64,000 bases of DNA from an uncultured virus (IMG/VR IMGVR_UViG_3300029925_000021) (lineage: Duplodnaviria; Heunggongvirae; Uroviricota; Caudoviricetes). The position numbers and the translations under genes were made by a program. The notes under the pieces are model-generated. The model was not told where the DNA came from. It saw only the letters and a list, made by a program, of their open reading frames with translations, and searched no databases. Positions 16,071 through 25,228 of the stretch are shown one piece after another. The number at the start of each line of letters is the position of its first letter. Within the stretch, counting starts at the first letter, position 1. The DNA lies in IMG/VR virus record IMGVR_UViG_3300029925_000021, positions 1 to 64,000 of that record. One strand, 5' to 3'.

Positions 16071-16141
16071 TGCTGAATGGTGTAATGGTAGCACAAGGGT
16101 CTTTGAAGCCCATAGCCTAAGTTCGATTCTTAGCTCAGCAG
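16071..16141 (+). tRNA. tRNA-Gln(TTG)
   Basis: TGCTGA/TCAGCA; GGGT-CTTTGAA-GCCC; CTAAG-TTCGATT-CTTAG. Confidence 0.88.
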
Positions 16142-16203
16142 CTTAGGTATTTATACCTTGGGGTCTTTAGCGGTATTTCCCCCACATGAAAGAAAAGCCT
16201 CTT

Positions 16204-16274
16204 GCTTCTGTGGTGAAACGGTATCACGCGAACTTGGTATGTTTGAGTCGAGGGTTCAACTCCCTCTGGAAGCT
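16204..16274 (+). tRNA. tRNA-Thr(GGT)
   Basis: GCTTCTG/TGGAAGC; CGAAC-TTGGTAT-GTTTG; GAGGG-TTCAACT-CCCTC. Confidence 0.88.
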
Positions 16275-16313
16275 CTATTAGTTAGATGCTTCACACGATT
16301 ATAGGAATAAGAT

Positions 16314-16526
16314 ATGGGAAAACCATCCGAGAGAAGAAGACTTAAAGCCAAGAGTAGATCAATTAGGAATAAGCGAGCTATACTAGGCAAGAGACTTACT
16401 AAACGTAAGAAGGCTAGTAATAAACGCAAAGGTATAGTAGACGACAACGTTGATAGTATACTTGAGTCTCCTCATATTAAACCAGAGGGACGTATGATAG
16501 TACTTAAAAGTAATCAGCCTGTATAA
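16314..16526 (+). CDS. small, highly basic hypothetical protein
   Basis: K/R-rich; AGGA RBS; coupled to the next ORF. Confidence 0.65.
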   Translation: MGKPSERRRLKAKSRSIRNKRAILGKRLTKRKKASNKRKGIVDDNVDSILESPHIKPEGRMIVLKSNQPV

Positions 16527-16762
16527 TGGTCTATTGGTGGTACTGCCCCAAGTGTGGCAAAGCGACAGACGAATTCGAAGCTGTCAATACCAAGCTGTGC
16601 TACAAGTGTTCGGCAAAAATGAAAGAGAGAGCAGAGAAGTTTTGGTTGGCTTGGGTTAAGCAGTTAGACACACGAAAGATGATAACGAACGCTCTACTAT
16701 CTCCGCGAATTCATATAGCACGTAAAAAACAGATGGCAAATAATAATACTCGAACCTTATAA
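16526..16762 (+). CDS. small zinc-ribbon protein
   Basis: CPKC...CYKC. Confidence 0.65.
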   Translation: MVYWWYCPKCGKATDEFEAVNTKLCYKCSAKMKERAEKFWLAWVKQLDTRKMITNALLSPRIHIARKKQMANNNTRTL

Positions 16763-16794
16763 CCTCACAGTGATACTGATGGGGTTATTTTTTT
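16759..16794 (+). terminator. intrinsic terminator
   Basis: ATAACCTCA...TGGGGTTAT stem followed by a T tract. Confidence 0.75.
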
Positions 16795-16806
16795 AGGACA
16801 GGACAC

Positions 16807-17436
16807 ATGCTAGACTCACAGGAAACTTTCACGGACCCATGCTTACGTCACCTCCCCACGGAACATGCGGAACACCTACAACAGTACATGGGTTACTATG
16901 CTAACCCAGTACCAATAGATGTCAAGCTAGTCAGCCCCGACGCTAAGATGCCCACGAAAGGTATAGTAGAAGAGAATGACCACATTACGTATGGTGGTAT
17001 TGATTTTATCTTTAACGTTGGCTATGATATTCATGTAGTGCAAGATGAAGGATGGCAGCAGGGATTGCATACCTACGAGGATAATAAGCGTGTTGACTAT
17101 CCATCTGAATTTACTTTGTACCCACACGAATCCTATCTGTTCTCTACTGGTATCAAAGTAGCCACACCTCCTAACTGGGGATTCTTGTTTCGTGACCGTA
17201 GTGGTATCGGCATGAAATGTATTCTTGTTACGGCAGGAGTCATCGAGGGAACGTATCGCAACGAGTGGAAGGTGAAGCTATTAAATATGGGGAAAGTACC
17301 TCACACGTTCCATGTGGGAGATAGAATCATACAGGCTGTACTAGTGCCTATCATTCCTTCGGTAATGAGAAAGGCAGAGGGCGATCTTCCTGAAAGTACT
17401 CGTGGAGAGAAAGGTTGGGGGTCAAGTGGTAGATAA
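16807..17436 (+). CDS. dut: trimeric dUTPase with an insertion
   Basis: GYDI, RSG, GVIE..YR, GDRIIQ and RGEKGWGSSG motifs. Confidence 0.88.
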   Translation: MLDSQETFTDPCLRHLPTEHAEHLQQYMGYYANPVPIDVKLVSPDAKMPTKGIVEENDHITYGGIDFIFNVGYDIHVVQDEGWQQGLHTYEDNKRVDYPSEFTLYPHESYLFSTGIKVATPPNWGFLFRDRSGIGMKCILVTAGVIEGTYRNEWKVKLLNMGKVPHTFHVGDRIIQAVLVPIIPSVMRKAEGDLPESTRGEKGWGSSGR

Positions 17437-18511
17437 TGCGGATGTGTATTCGGACTATAAAATCCTACATCATACCGACAGGATTAATCAAGTCATAAAG
17501 GGAGAACAAGTAGTTCCCGTAATGATTTTCTTAAACCTGTCCGATCTATGTAACCACGACTGTTCTTTCTGTTCGTTTAGAATGTCGGGGTATCCAAACA
17601 ATCAAAAGTTTGCGACTGGAACAATGGCTAAGTTTGGTACTAACAATCCAAACAGAATGATTACTACCGACAAGGCTCTAGAGATCATCAAGGATATAAG
17701 CCTACTAGGATGTAAGTCTATAGTATTTACTGGAGGAGGAGAGCCTACCGTCCATCCTGACCATCATAAGTTATTTGAACATGCTTTAGACAACGGATTA
17801 GAATGCGGTCTAGTAACAAACGGACACCTACTTAATGAGAAGACCATTAAAACCCTGAATAGGTTTAAGTGGATCAGGGTATCAATAGAATCATCAGACC
17901 CTAAAGTTTATAGCTCGATACATAGAGTAAACGAAGCTGCATTTGATAAAATAGTAAACAACATATCTCTACTAGTCCAACATAAAAGTAATGTAGGTAT
18001 GAACTATGTAATCACGGAAGACAATTGTAGTCACGATCAGATATTAAACTTCGCACAGATGGGATTAAATTTAGGCGTCAAGCACATTAGATTTGCTTTC
18101 TGCTTAACTCCCAAGCTACAGTCCTTCTACAGCGACTATGATAGTATCGTAGAAAGTATTAGTATAGCCAGATCCAAATATCAATCTGATAATTATACAG
18201 TCTACGACAATTTTGTTACACGTAAAGACAATGTGTCACACCAGCCAAACTATAGTCACTGTTATATGCAAGAGTTCACTCCAAACATAGGAGCGGATCT
18301 GAATGTCTATAGATGCTGCACCTTATCTTATAATGATAGAGGTCTAATGGGTTCAATATCTAATATGAGATTTTACGACTTCTGGAATAGTAAGCTTAAA
18401 GAAGAAAGCGTGAGTGCGTTTGATCCTACTGGATGCAAGATATGTCCAGTTAATTCTAAAAATCTACTACTGAATAAGATAAGGGATACTGATGACATCA
18501 ACTTCCTGTAA
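17402..18511 (+). CDS. radical SAM protein with SPASM/twitch domain
   Basis: CNHDCSFC; TGGGEP; VTNG; C-terminal Cys cluster; start uncertain. Confidence 0.9.
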   Translation: MERKVGGQVVDNADVYSDYKILHHTDRINQVIKGEQVVPVMIFLNLSDLCNHDCSFCSFRMSGYPNNQKFATGTMAKFGTNNPNRMITTDKALEIIKDISLLGCKSIVFTGGGEPTVHPDHHKLFEHALDNGLECGLVTNGHLLNEKTIKTLNRFKWIRVSIESSDPKVYSSIHRVNEAAFDKIVNNISLLVQHKSNVGMNYVITEDNCSHDQILNFAQMGLNLGVKHIRFAFCLTPKLQSFYSDYDSIVESISIARSKYQSDNYTVYDNFVTRKDNVSHQPNYSHCYMQEFTPNIGADLNVYRCCTLSYNDRGLMGSISNMRFYDFWNSKLKEESVSAFDPTGCKICPVNSKNLLLNKIRDTDDINFL

Positions 18512-19553
18512 ATATATCCTGGACGAGTTAGGACATGCAACATCTATCTATACGGCAGATCAATGGGTTAACGGACTTGGTCCTACCCATATTTACCACT
18601 GGGATAAGACAGAAATAGATATATGTAGGTCCATAGATAAGGCTGGTATAAAAGGTGAAGACATACTGTTTGTACATTGCGATCCCTGTGATAGCGTCCC
18701 TGTTAGAAACTCTAAGCTATCTCGCGCAACCTATATGGTATCATACGGATGGGACATGAGATATATGCCATCAAACACAGTAAGTAATATGAAGGAGGCT
18801 TGCATAAATTTATTTATTAGTCTAGTCTCTAAGCCTCTTACGAAAACCTTTATCTCTGGTGGTATAGACTCCGTATGGATGCCTGCCACGTTTATACAGA
18901 GTAAAGAAAGCATGTCTTGTACTGACTTAGACTTTGAAGACGATGGTAGGATGTATTCTCTAGCGTACACAGGATCTTTTGAAGGTGATGTCGGCAAGTA
19001 TCGTAGAAGTATAATCAATCCCCTTTTAGATGCTATGGTTCCGTTAGACGTACACGCTGACATGTTTTGGTACTACATAGGACAGATAAAACATACTAAC
19101 AGGTTCAATCACCTATCGGAAGAAGACAAGCTTACAGCTATGCGAGAATGCGGAGGTAGGTGCTACTCATATTGCAACGAATTTTACAATAAGCATATAG
19201 GTACTATCAACACATATAGAAAGGCTCAGGATGACAACGGAGAACACATGGTCACCCGCATGTTTAATGCTACGGCTTCTAAAAGCTGCTTGTTCCAACT
19301 GAGACCTACAGAGGACTCTGGATTCTATGAGGTATTCAAAGACATGGATACATGCATTATTTGGAACGACGTTGACCATCTTATAAGCTTAGCAGAAAAA
19401 TATATAATGGAAGACCCACAGGTATCTATAGACATATCTAAAAAGGCGTATCAACTATACGAAGGCATTCTTAATCAAAAGACATTGAGAAGTCAGTTGG
19501 TAGATTTCGTATCAAATAAGAAACCATTACCAGAATTTTGTAGGTACAAATAA
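18492..19553 (+). CDS. CgeB-like GT-B glycosyltransferase
   Basis: YTGS...YRR; RMFNATASKSC C-terminal pattern; located in a glycan cluster. Confidence 0.6.
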   Translation: MTSTSCKYILDELGHATSIYTADQWVNGLGPTHIYHWDKTEIDICRSIDKAGIKGEDILFVHCDPCDSVPVRNSKLSRATYMVSYGWDMRYMPSNTVSNMKEACINLFISLVSKPLTKTFISGGIDSVWMPATFIQSKESMSCTDLDFEDDGRMYSLAYTGSFEGDVGKYRRSIINPLLDAMVPLDVHADMFWYYIGQIKHTNRFNHLSEEDKLTAMRECGGRCYSYCNEFYNKHIGTINTYRKAQDDNGEHMVTRMFNATASKSCLFQLRPTEDSGFYEVFKDMDTCIIWNDVDHLISLAEKYIMEDPQVSIDISKKAYQLYEGILNQKTLRSQLVDFVSNKKPLPEFCRYK

Positions 19554-20509
19554 TGAACAGGATATTAGTCACGGGAAGTCGCGGCCTTGTAGGTACTAGT
19601 TTTATGATAGAAGCCGCAATACCAACTCCAAGTATATTTAATAACTTAACACAAGCACGTCACGAACAATATGATCTAACAGATCCTGTTGATACATGTA
19701 CGATGTTCCGTGAGGCTATGCCAGATATAGTCATACATCTAGCTGGCAAGGTTGGAGGAGTAAAGGCTAACACGTCGAAGATGGCAGACTTCTTTACAGA
19801 GAACATACTAATCAACACTAATGTATTACGTACTGCTCAAAAGTTTGGAGTAAAAAAGTTGATATCTCTTATGAGTACATGTATATTTCCAGACAATGTT
19901 AGATGCGGATGGCCTATAGTAGAGTCGGACCTACACAACGGAGCACCGCACGACTCTAACTACGGGTACGCATACGCTAAGAGAATGTTAGATATACAGA
20001 GTCGCGCATACAGACAGCAGTACGGATGTAACTTCGTCACACTGATCCCCAACAATATTTACGGAGCATGGGATAACTTCCACCTAGAAGACAGTCACGT
20101 TATACCAGCACTCATCCGCAAGATTTATGAAGCTAAGATAGCTGATAGAGACGTTACCCTATGGGGAGATGGAAAAGCATTCAGACAGTTTTCTTATGCC
20201 CCAGACATAGCACAGGTGATACTGTGGGCCATTGATAACTACCACGACGCATCGCCGTTAAACATTGGTAACTCTCGTGAGTATACTATTAGACGGGTAG
20301 CTGACATGATTGCCAATAAACTAGGGTTTGAGGGACGGATACTCTGGGACACTTCCCAGCCGTCTGGACAAGATAGAAAAACTACATCATTTGATAAGCT
20401 GGCTCAAACTGGATGTAGTGTTAAGTGGACCAGTCTAGAAAAAGGATTGGATAATGTTTGCTGGTGGTTTCAAAAGGAGTATCCAGATATAAGAGGGATA
20501 AATAAATGA
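19553..20509 (+). CDS. fcl: GDP-L-fucose synthase
   Basis: TGSRGLVG; HLAGKVGGVKAN; STCIFP; YAYAKR; SHVIPALIRK; WGDG. Confidence 0.92.
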   Translation: MNRILVTGSRGLVGTSFMIEAAIPTPSIFNNLTQARHEQYDLTDPVDTCTMFREAMPDIVIHLAGKVGGVKANTSKMADFFTENILINTNVLRTAQKFGVKKLISLMSTCIFPDNVRCGWPIVESDLHNGAPHDSNYGYAYAKRMLDIQSRAYRQQYGCNFVTLIPNNIYGAWDNFHLEDSHVIPALIRKIYEAKIADRDVTLWGDGKAFRQFSYAPDIAQVILWAIDNYHDASPLNIGNSREYTIRRVADMIANKLGFEGRILWDTSQPSGQDRKTTSFDKLAQTGCSVKWTSLEKGLDNVCWWFQKEYPDIRGINK

Positions 20510-21258
20510 CTACAGCATTATTCACTAAGACACACGAAAGAGACTATCGTTGGCTAGAGCTACTGGCAAAAACGGTAGATAAGTTTGCCGTAGGATTCGA
20601 CAAATGGTATATAGTATTAGGAAGCGATAACAAACCTAATATTAACTTGAGTAACATAGAAGTAGTATATAGCGTTGAACCTAATCCTGCACACATAAAG
20701 GAATCTCCATGTCTATGGAGTAAGGAAGGTAGTCCAGTAGACGGAGTAGGCTATAATTTTCAGCAAGTAGTGAAGGCACAATGGTATAAATATACTGACG
20801 AATCAACCGATGCTGTACTACAATTAGACTCTGACTGTGTAATAACAGACATGATATATCCGCATACTGTAGGTATAAACGGTCGTCCCCTATGGATCAA
20901 AAGAGACTGGTGTAAGGAACTTTACGCAATCTGGGGAGATCCATTAGAACAGTTTTTAGGACACAAATCAAGTCATGAATACATGTTTAATAATGTATTT
21001 TTACTAACCCTAGAAGCTACTAAAGGGTTCAATGAATTTATTAGTAGCAAACATAGCGTTAGTACAGAAGAATATTTTATGACTCACGTAACCACTGAAT
21101 ATAATTTTTTTGGAGCTTACCTAGATAATATTTGTATGCATAACTACTATATGATAGAAAACATACCGATATGGATACCTATTAGTAAGTATTGGTCATG
21201 GGGAGATGATAGTTATGTAGAAGCTAAAGAAAGTGTGGATCAACTATGCCCAAAATAA
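20506..21258 (+). CDS. putative GT-A glycosyltransferase
   Basis: GY..QQVVK; DSD (DxD); TEYN..G. Confidence 0.6.
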   Translation: MTTALFTKTHERDYRWLELLAKTVDKFAVGFDKWYIVLGSDNKPNINLSNIEVVYSVEPNPAHIKESPCLWSKEGSPVDGVGYNFQQVVKAQWYKYTDESTDAVLQLDSDCVITDMIYPHTVGINGRPLWIKRDWCKELYAIWGDPLEQFLGHKSSHEYMFNNVFLLTLEATKGFNEFISSKHSVSTEEYFMTHVTTEYNFFGAYLDNICMHNYYMIENIPIWIPISKYWSWGDDSYVEAKESVDQLCPK

Positions 21259-21959
21259 TAACATCCATATCTCCGAACAACATTAAAAACCAGCGAGTCG
21301 CCATAAATACGTGGCAAAGGCTAGGGTTCGATGTCTATTCTATGAATACTCCGAAAGAAATGCCTAATCTCAAGCGATGCTTTCGTGACGTGACCTTTAT
21401 TCAGGCAAAAGAGACAGCAGCGGACCTATATTTCTATGACATACCCTATCCAACCATCTCAGAGATGATTGAGTTTGCATTCAATCAGGATGAACCTACC
21501 TGGATAATTAATTCCGACATACATCTTAGAGCAGTCGATGCACAGATAGAAAGCATTCAGAACAAAGCTAAAGAGAGCATGGTGTTCGGCAGGAGAACAG
21601 ACATAGTAGATATAGCTGATGCGGGTAACGTATACAATGACGGGTTCGACTGGTTCGTACTGTATAAAGACTTCGACCATCTATTCACGTCTACATATAA
21701 GTTCTGTATTGGTCAACCATTCTGGGACTACTGGTTGCCTATCACCTTTATTAGAAAAGGAATCCCTCCTTTCCTATGTATTAACGAGATAGCATACCAT
21801 ATCAAGCATGAGGCCAACTGGAATTCGGATCAGCTTAAATTTTTCGGTAGCATGTTAGCCAGTGAAACCAACATTAAGATACGATCCCACCAAATCAATC
21901 TACTAACTTACATCTGCAATACAACAATATACGAAGGAGTGAAGCAATGGGAAACTTAA
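21246..21959 (+). CDS. putative GT-A-like protein
   Basis: INSDI; GFDWF; GQPFWDYW; H..H. Confidence 0.55.
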   Translation: MPKIITSISPNNIKNQRVAINTWQRLGFDVYSMNTPKEMPNLKRCFRDVTFIQAKETAADLYFYDIPYPTISEMIEFAFNQDEPTWIINSDIHLRAVDAQIESIQNKAKESMVFGRRTDIVDIADAGNVYNDGFDWFVLYKDFDHLFTSTYKFCIGQPFWDYWLPITFIRKGIPPFLCINEIAYHIKHEANWNSDQLKFFGSMLASETNIKIRSHQINLLTYICNTTIYEGVKQWET

Positions 21960-23044
21960 ATCTTTATGCACCAGTAGGTAAGACTGGATATGGAGTAGCA
22001 GGATACAATATACTTAACGCTCTCAAGGAGCGGGACTGGGATGTGTCTCTGTTTATGCACGGAAATAATGTTGAACGAAACGATCCTAAAGAACTGTCGG
22101 TCATCAAAGAAGCTCTGGAGCAAGCAGTACTGTTTGATAACGATGCTCCATGCCTAAACATCTGGCATCAGTTTGATCTATCTCACCGTATAGGTCAGGG
22201 TAAGTATGTAGCATTCCCCTTCTTTGAATTAGACACTTTTAATGAGAGGGAGAAGCATCACTTAGGATGTCCTGATAAACTATGCGGAACTAGCGAGTGG
22301 GCAGTAAAGGTACTAGAGTCTCAAGTGCCTAATAGAGGAGACGTGTATACTGTTCCTCTAGGTATAGACACTAGTATATTTAACCCTAACTATAGTCGGA
22401 AGGAAAATGAGAACACCGTGTTCTTAAACTGCGGAAAATGGGAGATCAGGAAGGGGCATGATTTTTTAATCAATCTATTCCACGAGGCGTTCACCGTAGA
22501 TGACAAGGTAGAACTATGGATGCTCCCCCACAATCCTTTCCTAACGATGGAGGACATAGCTGGATGGGAGAATATGTATCTGGACACTCCAATGGGTCGC
22601 GCGGGTAAGGTGAAGATATTCGGTTGGCAGAAGGATCATAGTGATGTTGCTAATGTAATGGCTGGTGCTGACTGTGGTATATTCCCTAGTAGAGCCGAAG
22701 GATGGAACTTAGAACTACTTGAGATGATGGCTATGGGTAAACAGATCATAGCTACTAACTATAGTGCTCATACAGAGTTTTGTAATACAGATAATAGTAT
22801 GCTAGTAGATATAGACGGTCTGGAACTAGCCTTCGACGGTAAGTGGTTCTTTGAACAGGGGAATTGGGCCGAGATCGAGGACGCTCAACTGGAAAAGATA
22901 GTAGAATACTTGCAAATTGTGCATGAAAAGTGTCAACGTCCTGGATTATTCGTCAACGATCCTGGTATTGAGACGGGACGAGAATATACTTGGGATAATA
23001 CTGCGAAAAAATTGGAGATTGTGCTTGACATTTCCCAGAATTAG
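21947..23044 (+). CDS. GT4 glycosyltransferase
   Basis: GKWEIRKG; PSRAEGWNLELLEMMAMG (EX7E). Confidence 0.9.
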   Translation: MGNLNLYAPVGKTGYGVAGYNILNALKERDWDVSLFMHGNNVERNDPKELSVIKEALEQAVLFDNDAPCLNIWHQFDLSHRIGQGKYVAFPFFELDTFNEREKHHLGCPDKLCGTSEWAVKVLESQVPNRGDVYTVPLGIDTSIFNPNYSRKENENTVFLNCGKWEIRKGHDFLINLFHEAFTVDDKVELWMLPHNPFLTMEDIAGWENMYLDTPMGRAGKVKIFGWQKDHSDVANVMAGADCGIFPSRAEGWNLELLEMMAMGKQIIATNYSAHTEFCNTDNSMLVDIDGLELAFDGKWFFEQGNWAEIEDAQLEKIVEYLQIVHEKCQRPGLFVNDPGIETGREYTWDNTAKKLEIVLDISQN

Positions 23045-23052
23045 ACTATAAT
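23025..23052 (+). promoter_or_regulatory. sigma70-type promoter
   Basis: TTGACA-16 nt-TATAAT. Confidence 0.8.
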
Positions 23053-23085
23053 AAGAGTGTAACATCACATAATTGGAGACTTGAA

Positions 23086-24222
23086 ATGACGACTTGGCCG
23101 ACGCTTTACAAAATGGACAGCACTGGGAAAATCCGAGAGTGGACAATCTCTACTAGAGATACTTTCGTCTCAGGTACAAGTATACAGGGCGTTTGTGAAT
23201 ACTCACAGACTCATGGAGTTCGCGGAGGTAAATTGCAGACTGTTAGAACTTTGATTGACAAGGGCAAAAACATTGGCAAGGCTAATGAGACAACCCCGAT
23301 GGAACAGTGTGACCTGGAGGCTCAGTCTCACTGGATGAAACAGAGAGACCGCAAGGGCTATACCGAAGCGATCCCCACGTCAAAGCCGAAGCTGCCGATG
23401 CTTGCTAAATCATACTCCAAACAGGGACACAGAATTGTTTGGCCTGCTATGACTCAGCCTAAGTTGGACGGTATCCGTTGTATGGCAGAGATTAAAGACG
23501 GTCTAGTTACTCTCAAGTCCCGAACCAATAACGAGTTCTTAGCTCTGGGGCATATATCGTTAGCTCTACAACAGACAGTCAATCAACTATCAGACAAGAA
23601 TATCACCTTAGACGGAGAACTATACAACCACGATTACAAGAGTGACTTCCAGTCCCTAGTTTCCGCAATCAAAAGAGACGATCCTAGCGTTGACAGTCAC
23701 CTAGTACAGTACCATGTGTATGACGTGTTTACTAAAGAGGACTTCGGGAATCGTTACAGTTTCTTGCAGACTCATTTGGTAGAGAACAAGTCGGTGAAAC
23801 TTGTGCCAACGTACAGCGTCAACAACTTTGAAGAGTTCAAGCTGCGCTACGGTAAGTTCTTAACGGACGGATACGAGGGTGGCATGTTACGAAACGAACT
23901 TGGGCCTTACGACCAGAACAGACGCTCTCCCAATCTCCAGAAGTACAAGGAGTTTATGGACGACGAATTTAAGATCGTTGGAGCCTACGAGAACAAAGGG
24001 AAGCAGGCTGGCCAGTGTACTTTTTCCTGTATTACAAAAGACGGCCAGGAATTTGGAGTTAAGCCTAAAGGTTCGGACGAGAAACGCCGAAGATACTGGA
24101 AGGACTACCAAACTGGCATATTGACTGGCAAGATGATGACCGTCAAATTTTTCGAGTGGACCACGAGCGACAAGCCTGTGCCACGATTCCCAGTGGGTAT
24201 TATAATCCGCGACTACGAATAA
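23086..24222 (+). CDS. ATP-dependent DNA ligase
   Basis: QPKLDGIR, LDGELY, YDV, EGGMLR, K.K motifs; OB domain with PRFP. Confidence 0.93.
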   Translation: MTTWPTLYKMDSTGKIREWTISTRDTFVSGTSIQGVCEYSQTHGVRGGKLQTVRTLIDKGKNIGKANETTPMEQCDLEAQSHWMKQRDRKGYTEAIPTSKPKLPMLAKSYSKQGHRIVWPAMTQPKLDGIRCMAEIKDGLVTLKSRTNNEFLALGHISLALQQTVNQLSDKNITLDGELYNHDYKSDFQSLVSAIKRDDPSVDSHLVQYHVYDVFTKEDFGNRYSFLQTHLVENKSVKLVPTYSVNNFEEFKLRYGKFLTDGYEGGMLRNELGPYDQNRRSPNLQKYKEFMDDEFKIVGAYENKGKQAGQCTFSCITKDGQEFGVKPKGSDEKRRRYWKDYQTGILTGKMMTVKFFEWTTSDKPVPRFPVGIIIRDYE

Positions 24223-24233
24223 TAGGAGATAAG

Positions 24234-24488
24234 ATGTTAGCCTTGTTTTTAATAATTGGATGGTTTGCTAGTGGACTAATTGTTATGCTGTCACTATGTC
24301 TATTATTACACCTTGAAGGAGCTGATTTTTCTAGTATGGGCATAGAGGAATATGTAATGATGGGTATGACTTTTTGGTTAGGGTATATCTCTGTAGTAAT
24401 AGCACTATTTATATGTCTGATATACTTTACTGGCTTAGGTGTTATGAAATTATGTGAGTCAATTTCCGATAGATATGATAGGAGCTAA
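24234..24488 (+). CDS. membrane protein (paralog 1)
   Basis: AGGAG RBS before ATG 24234; GWFASG...FWLGYIS. Confidence 0.7.
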   Translation: MLALFLIIGWFASGLIVMLSLCLLLHLEGADFSSMGIEEYVMMGMTFWLGYISVVIALFICLIYFTGLGVMKLCESISDRYDRS

Positions 24489-24489
24489 G

Positions 24490-24732
24490 ATGTTACTATA
24501 TATACTCCTGTTTGTAGTAGGTTGGTTTGTCAGTGGTGCGATAGCAGCACTTCTTGGGTATATTGATATGGAGATCAAGTCAGAAGATTGCACTGCGGAT
24601 GAAGCTAATACTATATCTCTTTTGTTCTGGTGTGGTTATTTATCACTCATAGTCTTTGGGACCGTCTTTACTTTTCAACGTTCGGGATGGTTCGTCGTGG
24701 ATGTAATCGGACGAATCTTCAAGAGGAAATAA
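24490..24732 (+). CDS. membrane protein (paralog 2)
   Basis: AGGAG RBS before ATG 24490; GWFVSG...FWCGYLS. Confidence 0.7.
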   Translation: MLLYILLFVVGWFVSGAIAALLGYIDMEIKSEDCTADEANTISLLFWCGYLSLIVFGTVFTFQRSGWFVVDVIGRIFKRK

Positions 24733-24733
24733 C

Positions 24734-25228
24734 ATGACTCTAGAGAAAAAGAAAACCGCGAGTGGTGCAAAAGCAAGACAACGACCCGACACGGAGGATC
24801 GTAGTCTAGTATACCGAGACTGGAGACGTGAGGTAGTAGGCAAGGGTAAGGGTCGTTCAACATGTTACACCAGTGACATAGATCAAATAGAGTATGTCAT
24901 AGTCAACAACCAAGTCGTCCCAACTGTCCTACTAGAACTAACACGGTACGACTTCGACGAATACGATGGTCCGTCACAGAATTGGGAGAAGTATCTAGCA
25001 GCGATTCTAGACAGATACTTTTTACGTGATGCACAAGGTATATTTGTCAAGGCAGTCTCCCAGAAGATGGACATACCAGCGTTCATAGTGTTGTTCAGAA
25101 ACGATATGGAGTCGTTCTGGTTGTTTGATGTTAATGATAAAGATGCGTTATGGGTTCATAAGAGTCCCGACGAATACAAAGAGTGGTTATGTGAATTCAA
25201 AACAAAAGCTAAAGGAGAACAGGAATGA
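24734..25228 (+). CDS. hypothetical protein, possible PD-(D/E)XK fold
   Basis: SDID.IE...LLEL pattern. Confidence 0.5.
   Translation: MTLEKKKTASGAKARQRPDTEDRSLVYRDWRREVVGKGKGRSTCYTSDIDQIEYVIVNNQVVPTVLLELTRYDFDEYDGPSQNWEKYLAAILDRYFLRDAQGIFVKAVSQKMDIPAFIVLFRNDMESFWLFDVNDKDALWVHKSPDEYKEWLCEFKTKAKGEQE

Noticed and set aside
14904..16120. ORFs 14904-15101, 15627-15905 (-) and 15860-16120
   Set aside because: They overlap clear tRNA genes or structured RNA and lack an RBS or protein-like features
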